DNA from: Alphaproteobacteria bacterium
GTDB taxonomy: Bacteria > Pseudomonadota > Alphaproteobacteria > UBA7985
DNA length: 64,000 nucleotides
Assembly: GCA_965662775.1 (NCBI GenBank)
Contig: CBFIIW010000015.1
Coordinates: 6,946-70,945 of the forward strand
Direction: 5' to 3'
The position numbers were made by a program, and so were the translations under genes. The notes beneath the pieces were generated by a model that was not told the DNA's origin, ran no database searches, and was given only the letters and a program-made list of their open reading frames with translations. Of the stretch, positions 1-9,996 are shown piece after piece (position 1 is the first letter of the stretch; each line of letters starts with the position of its first letter).

Positions 1-972
1 GTTCAGCAAGCCGAAGTAGTGGCCGAGCGGATTGTTGAGCGCATCATTGAACGGATGCCAGAGCGTAAGCGTCTGCCAAACCGTCGCAAGGGCTACACCC
101 AGAAGGCAATCGTCGGCGGGCACAAACTCTACCTGCGAACCGGTGAGTTTGAGGACGGCGCGCTGGGCGAGATTTTCGTCGATATGCACAAGGAGGGTGC
201 GGCCTTCCGCTCGATGATGAACAACTTCGCCATCGCTGTGTCGCTGGGACTGCAATACGGAGTGCCGCTCGAAGAATACGTCGACAGCTTCACCTTCACT
301 CGCTTCGAGCCGAATGGCATGGTTGAGGGGAATGACGTGATTAAGATGGCAACGTCCACGCTTGATTATATATTCCGTGAGCTGGCGGTGTCCTATTTGG
401 GCCGGAACGACCTAGCGCACGTTGAACCCGCAGACCTGCGCACGGATGCCCTGGGTCATGGGCATCAAGAATCCGCCATGTCGGGTGACGGTGAGGACGA
501 CGACGCGCTACAGATGGCGCTTGATTTCGCCTCCGCAGGCTACCTGCGTGGCGGCAAGAAAGAGGTCAAGAACCAGCTGGTCGTGGTCAAAGGTGGCAAA
601 AAGGAAGCCACCACAGGTGCGACTGTCGGTGCGGAGACAACGGTGGTCACCGCACTTTACGACGAGCAGTCTGGGGAAACGTCTTTTGACTCCACAAACC
701 TGAATGACGGACAAGGCCACAGCCACAGCCACAGCCACAGCCACGGGCAGAGCACTGGCGCGACGGTGCAACTCGCCGCGGGAGAATCAGCACGCTTCAC
801 GATCGCTAGTGGTGCCCTTGACGGTGCAGACGACAAGATGCGGAACATGGAAGAAGCGCGGATGAAGGGCTACACGGGGGATGCCTGTGACAGCTGCGGT
901 AACTTCACGCTGGTCCGCAACGGCACTTGTTTGAAATGTGTTACCTGCGGTTCGACCACGGGCTGCAGCTGA
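1..972 (+). CDS. nrdJ: Vitamin B12-dependent (class II) ribonucleotide reductase, C-terminal part; the 5' end lies outside the window
   Basis: The frame is open from base 1. It carries the conserved block [68 protein letters not shown] and a C-terminal Cys tail [28 protein letters not shown]. Confidence 0.9.
   Translation, partial: VQQAEVVAERIVERIIERMPERKRLPNRRKGYTQKAIVGGHKLYLRTGEFEDGALGEIFVDMHKEGAAFRSMMNNFAIAVSLGLQYGVPLEEYVDSFTFTRFEPNGMVEGNDVIKMATSTLDYIFRELAVSYLGRNDLAHVEPADLRTDALGHGHQESAMSGDGEDDDALQMALDFASAGYLRGGKKEVKNQLVVVKGGKKEATTGATVGAETTVVTALYDEQSGETSFDSTNLNDGQGHSHSHSHSHGQSTGATVQLAAGESARFTIASGALDGADDKMRNMEEARMKGYTGDACDSCGNFTLVRNGTCLKCVTCGSTTGCS
718..744 (+). repeat. In-frame hexanucleotide microsatellite (CACAGC)x4 plus CAC, encoding HSHSHSHSH
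   Basis: Read directly: cacagc cacagc cacagc cacagc cac, inside the low-complexity linker of nrdJ. Confidence 0.95.
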
Positions 973-1007
973 TCGGTACAGTTGATTTTTGAGGATCAGC
1001 AAGAAGG

Positions 1008-1035
1008 AGGCGGTTCAGTTTTGAGCCGCCTTTTT
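1008..1035 (+). terminator. Rho-independent terminator after nrdJ
   Basis: A 9-bp stem AGGCGGTTC/GAGCCGCCT (one T-G pair) with loop AGTTTT, followed by TTTTT. It sits between convergent genes. Confidence 0.75.
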
Positions 1036-1050
1036 CATCTCTTTGGGGCG

Positions 1051-1671
1051 TTACTCACCGGTGAGGAAAGACCATAGTTCCCACCGTTTGTCATTGCCCC
1101 AGAACATCTCATCTTCGTCGACGATGAAGTGCGGTGAGCCCCAGCAGCCCCGTGCAATCAGTGCATCTGTCACTGCGCGGAGCTGGTCTTTGATGCCTTG
1201 ATCCAGCAGGCGCTCCTGCAATTGTATGGTGTCCTGCGCCCAGTCCGGGGCATTGGCCGCGACCGCAGCCTTGGCCAGCACATCAATACCCGTGATTTTT
1301 TGTCCTTGGCCAAAACATGCCCGATAGACGGCGCGGGCAAAGGCTTGCGCGCCGGGTTGCCCCACCTCGGCCTCGATGGCGTAGAAAGCACGGCAGACGG
1401 CTAAAGATTTGAAAGGGAAGTTGGCGGGCATGGTCAGGGGCACGTTGAGCCGCTGTGCCGAGCGGATCATGTCGTGGGCGACATAACGGCTCTTGATCGG
1501 GATTTCGACCAGCGCTGGGATACCCGTTTGCTTCATTGCGGCACCCATGAGATAGGGCCGCCAGACGACCTCCAGTTTCGGGAAGTCCGTCATGATGCGG
1601 TCGGCTACCGTTGCGCCCAGGTAGCCATAAGGTGAGGAAAAATCGAAGACGAATTCTAATTTTTCAGCCAT
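1051..1671 (-). CDS. DsbA-like thioredoxin-fold protein of the 2-hydroxychromene-2-carboxylate isomerase family
   Basis: 206 aa. The N-terminus is FVFDFSSPYGYLG and the C-terminal part is WGSPHFIVDEDEMFWGNDK, both typical of HCCA isomerase/DsbA-like proteins. Confidence 0.7.
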   Translation of the reverse strand: MAEKLEFVFDFSSPYGYLGATVADRIMTDFPKLEVVWRPYLMGAAMKQTGIPALVEIPIKSRYVAHDMIRSAQRLNVPLTMPANFPFKSLAVCRAFYAIEAEVGQPGAQAFARAVYRACFGQGQKITGIDVLAKAAVAANAPDWAQDTIQLQERLLDQGIKDQLRAVTDALIARGCWGSPHFIVDEDEMFWGNDKRWELWSFLTGE

Positions 1672-1719
1672 TGGAAACCAATCATGGAACGCACCGTGCT
1701 CGGGCGGAGGGACTTGAGC

Positions 1720-3117
1720 TCAAACGAGGAAGACGGCGGCAAGGCCAAGGAAGACGAAGAAACCGACCACATCGGTAATGGTGGTCAGGAAAACAGCTGA
1801 AGCGTTGGCGGGGTCGACCTTGAGGCGGTCGAGAACGATGGGCACCATGGTGCCGGACAGGCCGGCAACAATCAGGTTGATGAGCATGGCCACGGCGATG
1901 ACGGTGCCAAGCACAACGTCCTGAAACCACAGCGCCGAGAACACAAAGGCTACGACCGCAAAGCCCAGCCCGTTGAACAGGCCCACCAGCGCTTCGCGGG
2001 TGATGAACTGAACAGCCTTTCGCGCCCGCAAATCTTTCATCGCCAGCGCTCGGACGGCGACGGCGAGGGTTTGCGTACCGGCATTACCCCCCATCGAAGC
2101 GACGATCGGCATTAGCACGGCCAGCGCTACGACTTCACGGATTGTTCCTTGAAACAGGGAGATCACCATTGACGCCAGCACGGCTGTTCCGAGGTTTACG
2201 CTGAGCCAGATAAAGCGATTCCGGGCGGTGTGTAGCGATGATCGGTTGATATCGGACACGCTGCCTAGACCAACCAGCCGCATCAGGTCATCTTCGGCTT
2301 CTTCGTCGATGACGTGCACGATGTCATCAAGTGTTACGACACCGACCAGCCGTCCGGTCTCCGCGTCGGCCACGGGCGCAGAGGAAAAACCGTACTGGCG
2401 GAAGGTGTGGGCCAGCTCCTCCTGATCCAGTTCGGGCGGGAAAACCCGCAGATCGCCTTGTGCAACATCGGTAAGGGTCACGGCTCGCCGGGTGCGCAGA
2501 ACGTGGCTGACGGAAACGGAACCGACGGGGCGGTAAGCCTCGTCGACCAGATAAATATCGTAGAAGTCATCGGGCAGGTCGGGATTCGCACGCAGAAAGT
2601 CGATGGTCTGTCCGACGTTCCAGTCTGCAGGGACAGTCACGAATTCACGTGCCATCAGGCGCCCGGTCGAAGACTCGGGATAGCGCAGTGCATCTTCAAC
2701 CGCCCAACGCGCAGCTTCAGGCAAGGTGGCAAGGATCTTCTGCTTGGCGTCCTCATCGAGGTCTTCCAGCATGTCGATCCGGTCGTCGGAATTCAGCTCC
2801 GTTAGGCGTTCTGAAATGACGTCATCGTCGAGGGTGTCGAGGACATCTTCGAGGACCACGCCCTCCACCTCGATCAGCAACTCTGGGGGCAGTTGGTTGC
2901 CGAAGACGCGAACAACGGCTGTCCTGTCATCGCGCGACAGGCCTTCGAGTAGGTCACCGAGGTCCGCAGGGTGAAGTGCCAGGACTTCTTCGCGCATATC
3001 TTCGATAAGACCGGCGCGGATCGCATCGGTTAGCTGAGGGAGCAAGTCTTCGATACTACGGGGGTATTCCGTCTCCGGTGGCACAACGCGGGCTTGTGTT
3101 GGTTCGATCATGAACAC
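1720..3117 (-). CDS. mgtE: Magnesium transporter MgtE
   Basis: 465 aa with an MgtE N-domain, tandem CBS region and C-terminal TM domain (GGNAGTQT.., ITDVVGFFVFLG). The start is GTG at 3117 or, more likely, ATG at 3111, which is preceded by AGGGGG. Confidence 0.92.
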   Translation of the reverse strand: MFMIEPTQARVVPPETEYPRSIEDLLPQLTDAIRAGLIEDMREEVLALHPADLGDLLEGLSRDDRTAVVRVFGNQLPPELLIEVEGVVLEDVLDTLDDDVISERLTELNSDDRIDMLEDLDEDAKQKILATLPEAARWAVEDALRYPESSTGRLMAREFVTVPADWNVGQTIDFLRANPDLPDDFYDIYLVDEAYRPVGSVSVSHVLRTRRAVTLTDVAQGDLRVFPPELDQEELAHTFRQYGFSSAPVADAETGRLVGVVTLDDIVHVIDEEAEDDLMRLVGLGSVSDINRSSLHTARNRFIWLSVNLGTAVLASMVISLFQGTIREVVALAVLMPIVASMGGNAGTQTLAVAVRALAMKDLRARKAVQFITREALVGLFNGLGFAVVAFVFSALWFQDVVLGTVIAVAMLINLIVAGLSGTMVPIVLDRLKVDPANASAVFLTTITDVVGFFVFLGLAAVFLV

Positions 3118-3163
3118 CCCCTACGCCTTTGCGGCCTGTCTGTCCGGGATCAGCTCCTCAAGA

Positions 3164-3250
3164 TGGTGCGGCCGAGAAGACTCGAACTTCCACGGCCCAA
3201 GGGCCACAACGACCTCAACGTTGCGCGTCTACCAATTCCGCCACGGCCGC
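3164..3250 (-). tRNA. tRNA-Leu, anticodon GAG, 87 nt with a long variable arm and encoded CCA
   Basis: The reverse complement reads GCGGCCG TG GCGG AATTGGTAGA CGC G CAACG TTGAGGT CGTTG TGGCCCTTGGGCCGTG GAAG TTCGAGT CTTC T CGGCCGC ACCA. The acceptor, D, anticodon and T arms fold by eye. Confidence 0.93.
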
Positions 3251-3308
3251 ACATCTGCTAGGAGCAAGGAGAGTGAGATAACCGCTTTAACGACGAGGTG
3301 CAAGACGG

Positions 3309-4001
3309 ATGAAGCCAGAGCAGACCCAGCAAAACCGCGACTCTGGCGGGGACAATTTGCAGGGCGCGGCCAACGGCGGTTCTTATCGGTTCTCGGATCG
3401 CCTCGTTGGCTACCAAGATGCGCTGTCTGACATGGAGTCACAAGTCGCTGCACTGGCTGCCGGGCAGGGACGGGAACAGCTGTGGTTTCTCGAACACCCA
3501 CCGCTGTACACCAGTGGGACGTCGGCACGGTCTGAGGACTTGCTGAATCCCGGTGCGTTCGAGGTGTTTGAAGCGGGGCGTGGCGGTGAATACACCTATC
3601 ACGGCCCTGGACAGCGGGTGGTTTACGTCATGCTCGACCTCGGGCGGCGCAAAAAAGATCTTCGGGCTTTCGTGGCCTCGCTAGAAGGATGGATCATTGC
3701 GGCGTTGGCTGAATTCGGGGTCGAAGCTGGCGTCCGAGAGGGCCGGATAGGGGTCTGGGTCATCAAACCTGATGGAACCGAGGCCAAAATCGCCGCTATC
3801 GGCATTCGGGTCAGAAAGTGGATCAGTTTTCATGGAATCAGTCTCAATGTGGCCCCAAACCTGGAGCATTTCGACGGGATCGTGCCCTGTGGTATCCGCG
3901 AATTCGGGGTGACTTCGCTGGCCGATCTGGGAATTGATGCCGACCTCGCCGCTGTAGATGCAGCTTTGATCAAATACGCACCGGAATACCTCAGCCTGTG
4001 A
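3309..4001 (+). CDS. lipB: Octanoyltransferase (lipoyl(octanoyl) transferase) LipB
   Basis: Motifs [37 protein letters not shown] and [22 protein letters not shown]. Confidence 0.9.
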   Translation: MKPEQTQQNRDSGGDNLQGAANGGSYRFSDRLVGYQDALSDMESQVAALAAGQGREQLWFLEHPPLYTSGTSARSEDLLNPGAFEVFEAGRGGEYTYHGPGQRVVYVMLDLGRRKKDLRAFVASLEGWIIAALAEFGVEAGVREGRIGVWVIKPDGTEAKIAAIGIRVRKWISFHGISLNVAPNLEHFDGIVPCGIREFGVTSLADLGIDADLAAVDAALIKYAPEYLSL

Positions 4002-4453
4002 GCCTAAAACCGCTTAAGCCCGTGAAAAAAGCTTACGTCTATATGGTGCAGCGCCAGCACCTTCTAGTACACGAGCACCTTGACTATCCAGACGTGCCGC
4101 TGGCACTTCCCGGCGGAACGCTGGAACCCGGTGAGCTTCCGCCGCTAGCGGCCTGGCGTGAGTCGGTCGAGGAGACCGGGCTTAGCGGCGGTTTTGGAAA
4201 CCTGCGCCTGATTGGAACCGACGTGCAGGTTCATCCCCGCCACAGGCTGAAAATGGACCGCTGGTTTTACCTTAGCTTTCCGCGCAGACCCCTACCGGCC
4301 AGTTGGAAGTCGTGGGAGATGGACCCCTCAGACTGGCATGAACCCGTGCGCATCCGGTGGTTCTGGCTGCCACTAAGCCGCTTGCCTGAACGGAGCTGGA
4401 CCCGGGTGCTGCAACGCCATATGCGGCGCCACGGCCTTGCGGTCGGCCGGTGA
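3998..4453 (+). CDS. NUDIX hydrolase
   Basis: Nudix box [24 protein letters not shown]. The GTG start overlaps the lipB stop (GTGA). Confidence 0.8.
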   Translation: MSLKPLKPVKKAYVYMVQRQHLLVHEHLDYPDVPLALPGGTLEPGELPPLAAWRESVEETGLSGGFGNLRLIGTDVQVHPRHRLKMDRWFYLSFPRRPLPASWKSWEMDPSDWHEPVRIRWFWLPLSRLPERSWTRVLQRHMRRHGLAVGR

Positions 4454-4472
4454 GACGACCAGGTGAGGAATT

Positions 4473-5756
4473 ATGACTGATCCTCGTTCCCGCCCCTCTT
4501 ACGCCGCGTTGACTAAAGCCCGAGCGCAAGGACAAGACTTTCTCGCCCCGGGTGGGCTGCGCCAGAACGCTAAGCGGTCTGGTGGCACGCCACCCTTTGC
4601 AACCAACCAGGAGGGGCCCGTGTCCTTTTTCGCCGAAATCGCCAAGTTTGCTATCAAGGGACTGATCGTTGTTGCGATGCTCTTTCTCGGTGCCATTGCC
4701 ATCTTCAGTGGATTTGCTGTTGGCACGAGTGGCGGGGGTGAGGGTGGCAGTGACCCTTTCGATGAAGGCGGCAGCGGAAGTTCTGGCTTTACCGAGTTGG
4801 TCCGCGGCGCATTCAACGGCGACGGGGACAACAAGCTGGCGATCGTTCCGGTCACTGGGATTATCGACAGCCTGTCTTTATCACCGGACAGCCCGGCGGG
4901 ATGGTTTGCCGATGAATTCGTCACCTTCGGCTATAGCGTAAAGCAAACGCTGGCAGCGTTAGCTGAGGACAAAGACGTTAAAGGCGTCCTTCTATTACTC
5001 AACACCCCCGGAGGCACGATCAACGGCTCCAAGGCAATCAGCGATGGCGTTGCAGCCTACCAGGAAGCGACAGGGCAGCCGGTCTTTGCCTACGTTGAAT
5101 CGATTTCGGCATCGGGGGGTATGTGGTCCATGGCCGGGGCGGATCAGATTCTGGCCGACGAGGGGGCGTTGGTGGGTTCGATCGGCGTCATTATGGGTAA
5201 CTGGCTTTACTATGACGACCCCGTAGCGCTCGAAGGCGGCCTGTTTGGGGGTGGCGTCGAGACGCGCGGAGGTATCCGCGCCGTGCCCCTGACAGCCGGT
5301 GAGGGCAAGGACTTCGGCAACCCTTTCCGCGAGCCCGATCCTACTGAGCTAGCGGTAATTCAGGCCAGCCTCGATGAGTCTTATGATGTTTTTCGTGCCC
5401 ATGTTGCCCAATCCAGAGGGCTTACGGATGAGGCGGTCAAAGAGCTGGGTGCAATGGTCTACGCACCCCGGCAGGCGAAGGCTTTGGGCCTGATTGACGG
5501 TATTGCCGACTTCGATGCTGCGTTGGCAGCGTTGGGAGAAGCGGCCGGACTGGGCGAGGACTTCGCCGCTGTGCAGCAGGGATGGCAGGATCTGGACTGG
5601 TTCAGCGGCTTGCTGAGCAGTTCGCGGATAAGGGCCGCAGGCGGTTCATCGGCTGCCGGTTTGCTGCAGCCACCTGAGTCCGGCGTTACCGTTTGTCAGC
5701 GCAGAGAACCTCTCGTACTAAGCGCCTTTCATGCTCAGGTTTATCCGGGCTGCTAA
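4473..5756 (+). CDS. sppA: Signal peptide peptidase SppA (S49 family), membrane anchored
   Basis: N-terminal TM segment, LLLLNTPGGTINGS and ISASGGMWSMAGADQILA motifs. The SD GGTGAGGA precedes the ATG. Confidence 0.85.
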   Translation: MTDPRSRPSYAALTKARAQGQDFLAPGGLRQNAKRSGGTPPFATNQEGPVSFFAEIAKFAIKGLIVVAMLFLGAIAIFSGFAVGTSGGGEGGSDPFDEGGSGSSGFTELVRGAFNGDGDNKLAIVPVTGIIDSLSLSPDSPAGWFADEFVTFGYSVKQTLAALAEDKDVKGVLLLLNTPGGTINGSKAISDGVAAYQEATGQPVFAYVESISASGGMWSMAGADQILADEGALVGSIGVIMGNWLYYDDPVALEGGLFGGGVETRGGIRAVPLTAGEGKDFGNPFREPDPTELAVIQASLDESYDVFRAHVAQSRGLTDEAVKELGAMVYAPRQAKALGLIDGIADFDAALAALGEAAGLGEDFAAVQQGWQDLDWFSGLLSSSRIRAAGGSSAAGLLQPPESGVTVCQRREPLVLSAFHAQVYPGC

Positions 5757-5880
5757 GCTAGGTTTTTGGGTTGGGTGACAAGTTGAGGCTGGCGAGGCGG
5801 CTGAAAACAAGCCCCCTCTGCGCTGGGGTCTGCGCCTGAATCCGCCAGCCAGCTATGCGCGCGCATAAGTGCGCCAATGG

Positions 5881-5909
5881 TTGCGCAGGGTCATCTGTTT
5901 CCGTAAACC
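5881..5909 (+). promoter_or_regulatory. Putative sigma70-type promoter of the spc operon (TTGCGC-N17-TAAACC)
   Basis: Hexamers read by eye about 110 nt upstream of rplN. The same -10 hexamer and spacing recur upstream of rpsM. Not validated. Confidence 0.3.
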
Positions 5910-6017
5910 AGCGGCTATCGCAACGCCGACAGGAACTCCTTTCCCGATCATTGGGAAAGAAAGCCCGTCGGCTCTTTGTGCTGTTTTAAGACTTAAACGA
6001 GCTAGAGGGAGATCGTC

Positions 6018-6386
6018 ATGATCCAGATGCAGTCCAACATGGATGTGGCCGATAACTCCGGCGCTCGCCGCGTTCAGTGCATCAAGGTACTGGGCGGCTC
6101 GAAGCGCCGAACGGCAGGTGTCGGTGACATCGTTGTGGTTTCCGTGAAAGAAGCCATCCCGCGCGGCCGTGTGAAGAAAGGTGACGTTCAACGCGCGGTA
6201 ATCGTGCGGACGGCATTCGACATCCAGCGCCCCGACGGCTCTGTCATCCGCTTTGATAAGAACGCTGCCGTTCTGATCAACAAGAACAACGATCCGATTG
6301 GAACCCGCATCTTTGGCCCGGTTACGCGTGAACTGCGTGCGAAGAACTTCATGAAGATCATTTCTCTGGCACCGGAGGTTCTCTAA
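6018..6386 (+). CDS. rplN: 50S ribosomal protein L14
   Basis: [31 protein letters not shown].., 122 aa. Confidence 0.98.
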   Translation: MIQMQSNMDVADNSGARRVQCIKVLGGSKRRTAGVGDIVVVSVKEAIPRGRVKKGDVQRAVIVRTAFDIQRPDGSVIRFDKNAAVLINKNNDPIGTRIFGPVTRELRAKNFMKIISLAPEVL

Positions 6387-6389
6387 GCC

Positions 6390-6704
6390 ATGAAGTTCAA
6401 GATCAAGACAGGTGATGACGTCATCGTCACAGCTGGTAAGGACAAGGGTAAGCGCGGCAAAGTCACGAAGGTCCTGCGCGCGCAGAGCCGTGTGGTTGTT
6501 CAGGGCGCCAATCTGGCCACCAAGCATCAGAAGCCAACACAGGCTTCCACCGGCGGGATCGTTCGTCAGGAGGCGTCGTTGCACATCTCCAACGTTGCAA
6601 TCGTCGATCCGACGGATAGCAAGCCAGCCCGTGTTGGCTATCGCTTCAACGACGCAGGCGTGAAGGAGCGGTTTTCCAAGCGCTCCGGCGCTGTGATTTC
6701 CTGA
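6390..6704 (+). CDS. rplX: 50S ribosomal protein L24
   Basis: [25 protein letters not shown].. (KOW motif), at the canonical position after rplN. Confidence 0.97.
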   Translation: MKFKIKTGDDVIVTAGKDKGKRGKVTKVLRAQSRVVVQGANLATKHQKPTQASTGGIVRQEASLHISNVAIVDPTDSKPARVGYRFNDAGVKERFSKRSGAVIS

Positions 6705-6720
6705 GAGGGGGGCTGACATC

Positions 6721-7266
6721 ATGAGCGAACCTCGTTTGAAAACACACTATAAGGAAGTGGTTGTCCCCAAGCTGTCCGCTGACCTTGAAATCAAGAACCC
6801 GATGGCGGTTCCCAAGCTGGAAAAGATCGTGCTGAACATGGGTGTTTCCGGCGCCGTAACGGACCGGAAGGTTCTGACCCAGGCCATGGACGAAATGACC
6901 CTGATTGCGGGTCAAAAGCCGGTTGAAACGATCGCGCGAAAGTCTGAAGCCGGGTTTAAGATCCGTGACGGGATGAAGATCGGCTGTAAAGTCACCCTGC
7001 GCGGCAAGAGAATGTACGAATTCCTGGACCGTCTGATCACGATAGCCATGCCGCGTATCCGCGATTTCCGTGGGCTCACGGGCAAGGGTTTTGACGGCCG
7101 TGGCAACTTCGCCATGGGCATAACTGAGCAGATTGTTTTTCCGGAAATCGAGTATGACAAGATCGACACGATCCGCGGCATGAACATCGTTATCGTCACC
7201 ACCGCGACCACCAACGAAGAAGGCAAGGCTCTTTTGTCTGCTTTCGAAATGCCGTTCGCGAACTGA
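6721..7266 (+). CDS. rplE: 50S ribosomal protein L5
   Basis: [31 protein letters not shown], 181 aa. Confidence 0.97.
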   Translation: MSEPRLKTHYKEVVVPKLSADLEIKNPMAVPKLEKIVLNMGVSGAVTDRKVLTQAMDEMTLIAGQKPVETIARKSEAGFKIRDGMKIGCKVTLRGKRMYEFLDRLITIAMPRIRDFRGLTGKGFDGRGNFAMGITEQIVFPEIEYDKIDTIRGMNIVIVTTATTNEEGKALLSAFEMPFAN

Positions 7267-7284
7267 GCGGAGAGGATCTGAAAA

Positions 7285-7590
7285 ATGGCTAAAAAGTCTA
7301 TGATTGCCCGCGAAGTGAAGCGGGAGCGCCTGGTCAATAAGTTCGCGGAGAAGCGTGCGGAGCTCAAGGCGGTCATCGCGAACAAGGCGCTGGACCCGTC
7401 CGAACGATTTATGGCTGTGCTGCAACTGCAGAAGCTGCCTCGGAATTCCTCTCGCATCCGTATGCATAATCGGTGTGGCCTCACCGGACGCCCGCACGCG
7501 GTTTACCGCCGTTTCAACATTTCCCGAATTGCCCTGCGTGAGCTGGGTTCTTCGGGTCGCCTCCCCGGCGTCATAAAGTCGAGCTGGTAA
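7285..7590 (+). CDS. rpsN: 30S ribosomal protein S14 (long, non-zinc type)
   Basis: MAKKSMIAREVKRERLV..RNRCGLTGRPHAVYRRFNISRIALRELG..PGVIKSSW. Confidence 0.97.
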   Translation: MAKKSMIAREVKRERLVNKFAEKRAELKAVIANKALDPSERFMAVLQLQKLPRNSSRIRMHNRCGLTGRPHAVYRRFNISRIALRELGSSGRLPGVIKSSW

Positions 7591-7601
7591 GGAGAACGCA
7601 C

Positions 7602-8000
7602 ATGGCAATGTCCGATCCATTGGGTGATATGCTCACCCGCATTCGCAACGGTCAGCGCGCTCGCCTCTCGTCGGTTAAGTCACCGGCGTCCAAGATGCGT
7701 GAGAGCGTGCTGAAGGTACTGGAATCTCAGGGCTTCATCCGCGGTTACAAAGTTGCGGAAGTGCGCAAGGGCATCTCCGAACTGACCATCGAGTTGAAGT
7801 ACCACGACGGTGATCCGGTTATTCGCGAGCTGGACCGCGTGTCTACGCCTGGGCGCCGCGTATTCACCAAGATTAACGACCTACGGCCTTTCCGTAATGG
7901 GCTGGGTGTGCAGATTATTTCGACCTCCTCCGGTGTGATGGCAGACGGCGAAGCCCGTGCCCGCAACGTTGGCGGCGAAGTGCTCTGCCGGATCTTCTAA
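7602..8000 (+). CDS. rpsH: 30S ribosomal protein S8
   Basis: SDPLGDMLTRIRNGQRA.. and the end ..GGEVLCRIF. Confidence 0.97.
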   Translation: MAMSDPLGDMLTRIRNGQRARLSSVKSPASKMRESVLKVLESQGFIRGYKVAEVRKGISELTIELKYHDGDPVIRELDRVSTPGRRVFTKINDLRPFRNGLGVQIISTSSGVMADGEARARNVGGEVLCRIF

Positions 8001-8017
8001 GAAGGGAAGTGTGAGAC

Positions 8018-8551
8018 ATGTCTCGTATTGGTAAGAACCCGGTTCCTGTGCCTGCAAGTGTTGAAGTTTCCGTCAATGGACAGGAAATTACAGCAAAAGG
8101 TAAGCTCGGCGAGCTGGCTTTTGTCGCGAATGGTGCAGTCGAAATTAAGTTTGAGAACGGTGAAGTCACTGTATCACCCAGGGACGAAAGCCGAGACGCG
8201 CGCGCCCAATGGGGGACGGCTCGAGCCCGGATCGCCAACATGGTGTCCGGCGTCTCCGAAGGTTTCTCCAAGGAGTTGGAACTGGTGGGCGTCGGTTATC
8301 GTGCTGCGCTCAAGGGGAAGGACCTTCAACTGCAGCTCGGTTTCTCGCACGATGTTTTGTACCCGATCCCGGATGGGGTGAAGGTCACTTGCGAAAAGCC
8401 GACGTCGATCAAGCTCGAAGGAGCCGACAAACAGGAAATCGGCCAGATGGCGGCCGAGATCCGGTCCTACCGTCCGCCAGAGCCGTACAAGGGCAAAGGC
8501 ATCCGTTATGTCGGCGAATACATCGCCCGCAAGGAAGGTAAGAAGAAGTAA
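8018..8551 (+). CDS. rplF: 50S ribosomal protein L6
   Basis: [17 protein letters not shown].. and ..[14 protein letters not shown]. Confidence 0.97.
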   Translation: MSRIGKNPVPVPASVEVSVNGQEITAKGKLGELAFVANGAVEIKFENGEVTVSPRDESRDARAQWGTARARIANMVSGVSEGFSKELELVGVGYRAALKGKDLQLQLGFSHDVLYPIPDGVKVTCEKPTSIKLEGADKQEIGQMAAEIRSYRPPEPYKGKGIRYVGEYIARKEGKKK

Positions 8552-8595
8552 GTCCCTTTTTTGGGCTTGCGGCTTCCACAGAGGGAAACCGAAGT

Positions 8596-8958
8596 ATGCG
8601 TACTCGTTACAACAAACGGATTGACCGTGCGAACCGCACCCGCTCCGCGCTGGCCCGCAAGGGACGCGGTCGGCTGCGTCTGAGCATTTTCCGGTCGTCT
8701 AAGCATATCTACGCGCAAGTCATCGATGACGTGCGTGGCGTCACGCTGGCAGCTGCGTCGACCGTTGACAAGTCGCTCCAGGGCAAGTTGTCCAAGACCA
8801 CTGATATGGCAGCGGCTTCCGAGGTCGGAAAGCTGGTCGCAGAGCGGGCTAAGGCAGCGGGCGTGGAAAAGGTTGCCTTTGACCGTGGCGCTTACAAGTT
8901 TCACGGCCGCGTCAAGGCTGTGGCAGAGGGCGCGCGCGAAGGCGGGCTGAGCTTTTAA
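8596..8958 (+). CDS. rplR: 50S ribosomal protein L18
   Basis: [46 protein letters not shown]. Confidence 0.97.
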   Translation: MRTRYNKRIDRANRTRSALARKGRGRLRLSIFRSSKHIYAQVIDDVRGVTLAAASTVDKSLQGKLSKTTDMAAASEVGKLVAERAKAAGVEKVAFDRGAYKFHGRVKAVAEGAREGGLSF

Positions 8959-9102
8959 TCTGTCGGGTGGTGGCATCGGTCCGCCGCCCGGCCCGACGAC
9001 AGCGGCGTTGACCTGGCTGGTCCGATCCAAAATGTGGGCGGACATCGCAGGTCTCGATAGAAAGTGCCAGAGCTGTCCCAACACTGAAAAGGACGTAGTC
9101 GA

Positions 9103-9693
9103 ATGGCTCGTGATGATAACAGAGGCGGCGGCGGCCGCGGCGGTCGTGATCGCCGGAACAAGCGTGAGGATGAAGGCCCAGAGCTGATCGAGAAGCTCGT
9201 CTTCATCAACCGCGTTGCAAAGGTTGTTAAGGGTGGCCGTCGGTTTGGTTTTGCTGCGCTGGTTGTGGTTGGCGACGGCAAAGGCCGCGTGGGCCAGGGC
9301 CACGGCAAAGCCAAGGAGGTGCCTGAGGCCATTCGTAAAGCGACCGAAGCCGCGAAGAAGTCTATGGTCCGCATTCCGCTTAAGGAAGGACGCACTCTTC
9401 ACCACGATGTCGAGGGCCGTTTTGGCGCTGGTAAAGTGGTATTCCGCACGGCGCCTCCCGGGACCGGGATCATTGCCGGTGGTCCATCGCGTGCCGTGAT
9501 GGAAGCGCTTGGCGTGGCAGATGTTGTGGCGAAATCCAACGGTACGTCGAACCCGTACAACCTTGTTCGGGCGACCATCGACGCTCTGCAGCGTACGCAG
9601 TCCCCGCGTCAGGTTGCACAACGTCGCGGTGTCAAGGTCGCTGACGTGCTGCAGACCGCAGATCAGGGCGAGGAGGCCATGGCCGAGGCCTGA
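9103..9693 (+). CDS. rpsE: 30S ribosomal protein S5 with an RGG-rich N-terminal extension
   Basis: [37 protein letters not shown].., 196 aa. Confidence 0.97.
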   Translation: MARDDNRGGGGRGGRDRRNKREDEGPELIEKLVFINRVAKVVKGGRRFGFAALVVVGDGKGRVGQGHGKAKEVPEAIRKATEAAKKSMVRIPLKEGRTLHHDVEGRFGAGKVVFRTAPPGTGIIAGGPSRAVMEALGVADVVAKSNGTSNPYNLVRATIDALQRTQSPRQVAQRRGVKVADVLQTADQGEEAMAEA

Positions 9694-9729
9694 GGGTCTG
9701 GGGTCATGTCCGCTTAACGGAGAAAGACA

Positions 9730-9918
9730 ATGGCTGAAAACCGTATCCGCGTGACTCTGCTGCGCTCAGCGATCAGCTGCACAGAGAAGCAGAAAGCGAA
9801 CCTCGTGGGCTTGGGGCTGAAGAAGCGCCATCAGACCCGCGATCTCGAAGATACTCCTGCGGTGCGCGGCATGATCAATGTCGTCAAGCACATGGTGCAG
9901 GTCGAGGAAGCAGCCTGA
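9730..9918 (+). CDS. rpmD: 50S ribosomal protein L30
   Basis: [31 protein letters not shown], 62 aa, canonical position. Confidence 0.95.
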   Translation: MAENRIRVTLLRSAISCTEKQKANLVGLGLKKRHQTRDLEDTPAVRGMINVVKHMVQVEEAA

Positions 9919-9996
9919 ACGAGGCTGGTTTCTGTTTGTTGAAGTCGAGTGCGGCCGGCACTGTCCGGGCGTGCGCAAGGCAAGGAAGATAAGACA

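Noticed and set aside
3118-3163. An M-box (Mg) riboswitch upstream of mgtE.
   Set aside because: Only 46 nt separate mgtE from the tRNA, far too short for an M-box, and no conserved M-box motifs are visible.
6646-7620. A 324-aa minus-strand ORF, with similar long antisense ORFs at 5853-6722, 8506-9621, 12971-13648 and 14211-14939, all overlapping ribosomal protein and rpoA genes.
   Set aside because: They lie antisense and in register to highly conserved, unambiguous genes. Their translations are low-complexity and rich in Arg, Ser, Pro and Ala. Open antisense frames are expected where TTA, CTA and TCA codons are rare in a GC-rich genome.
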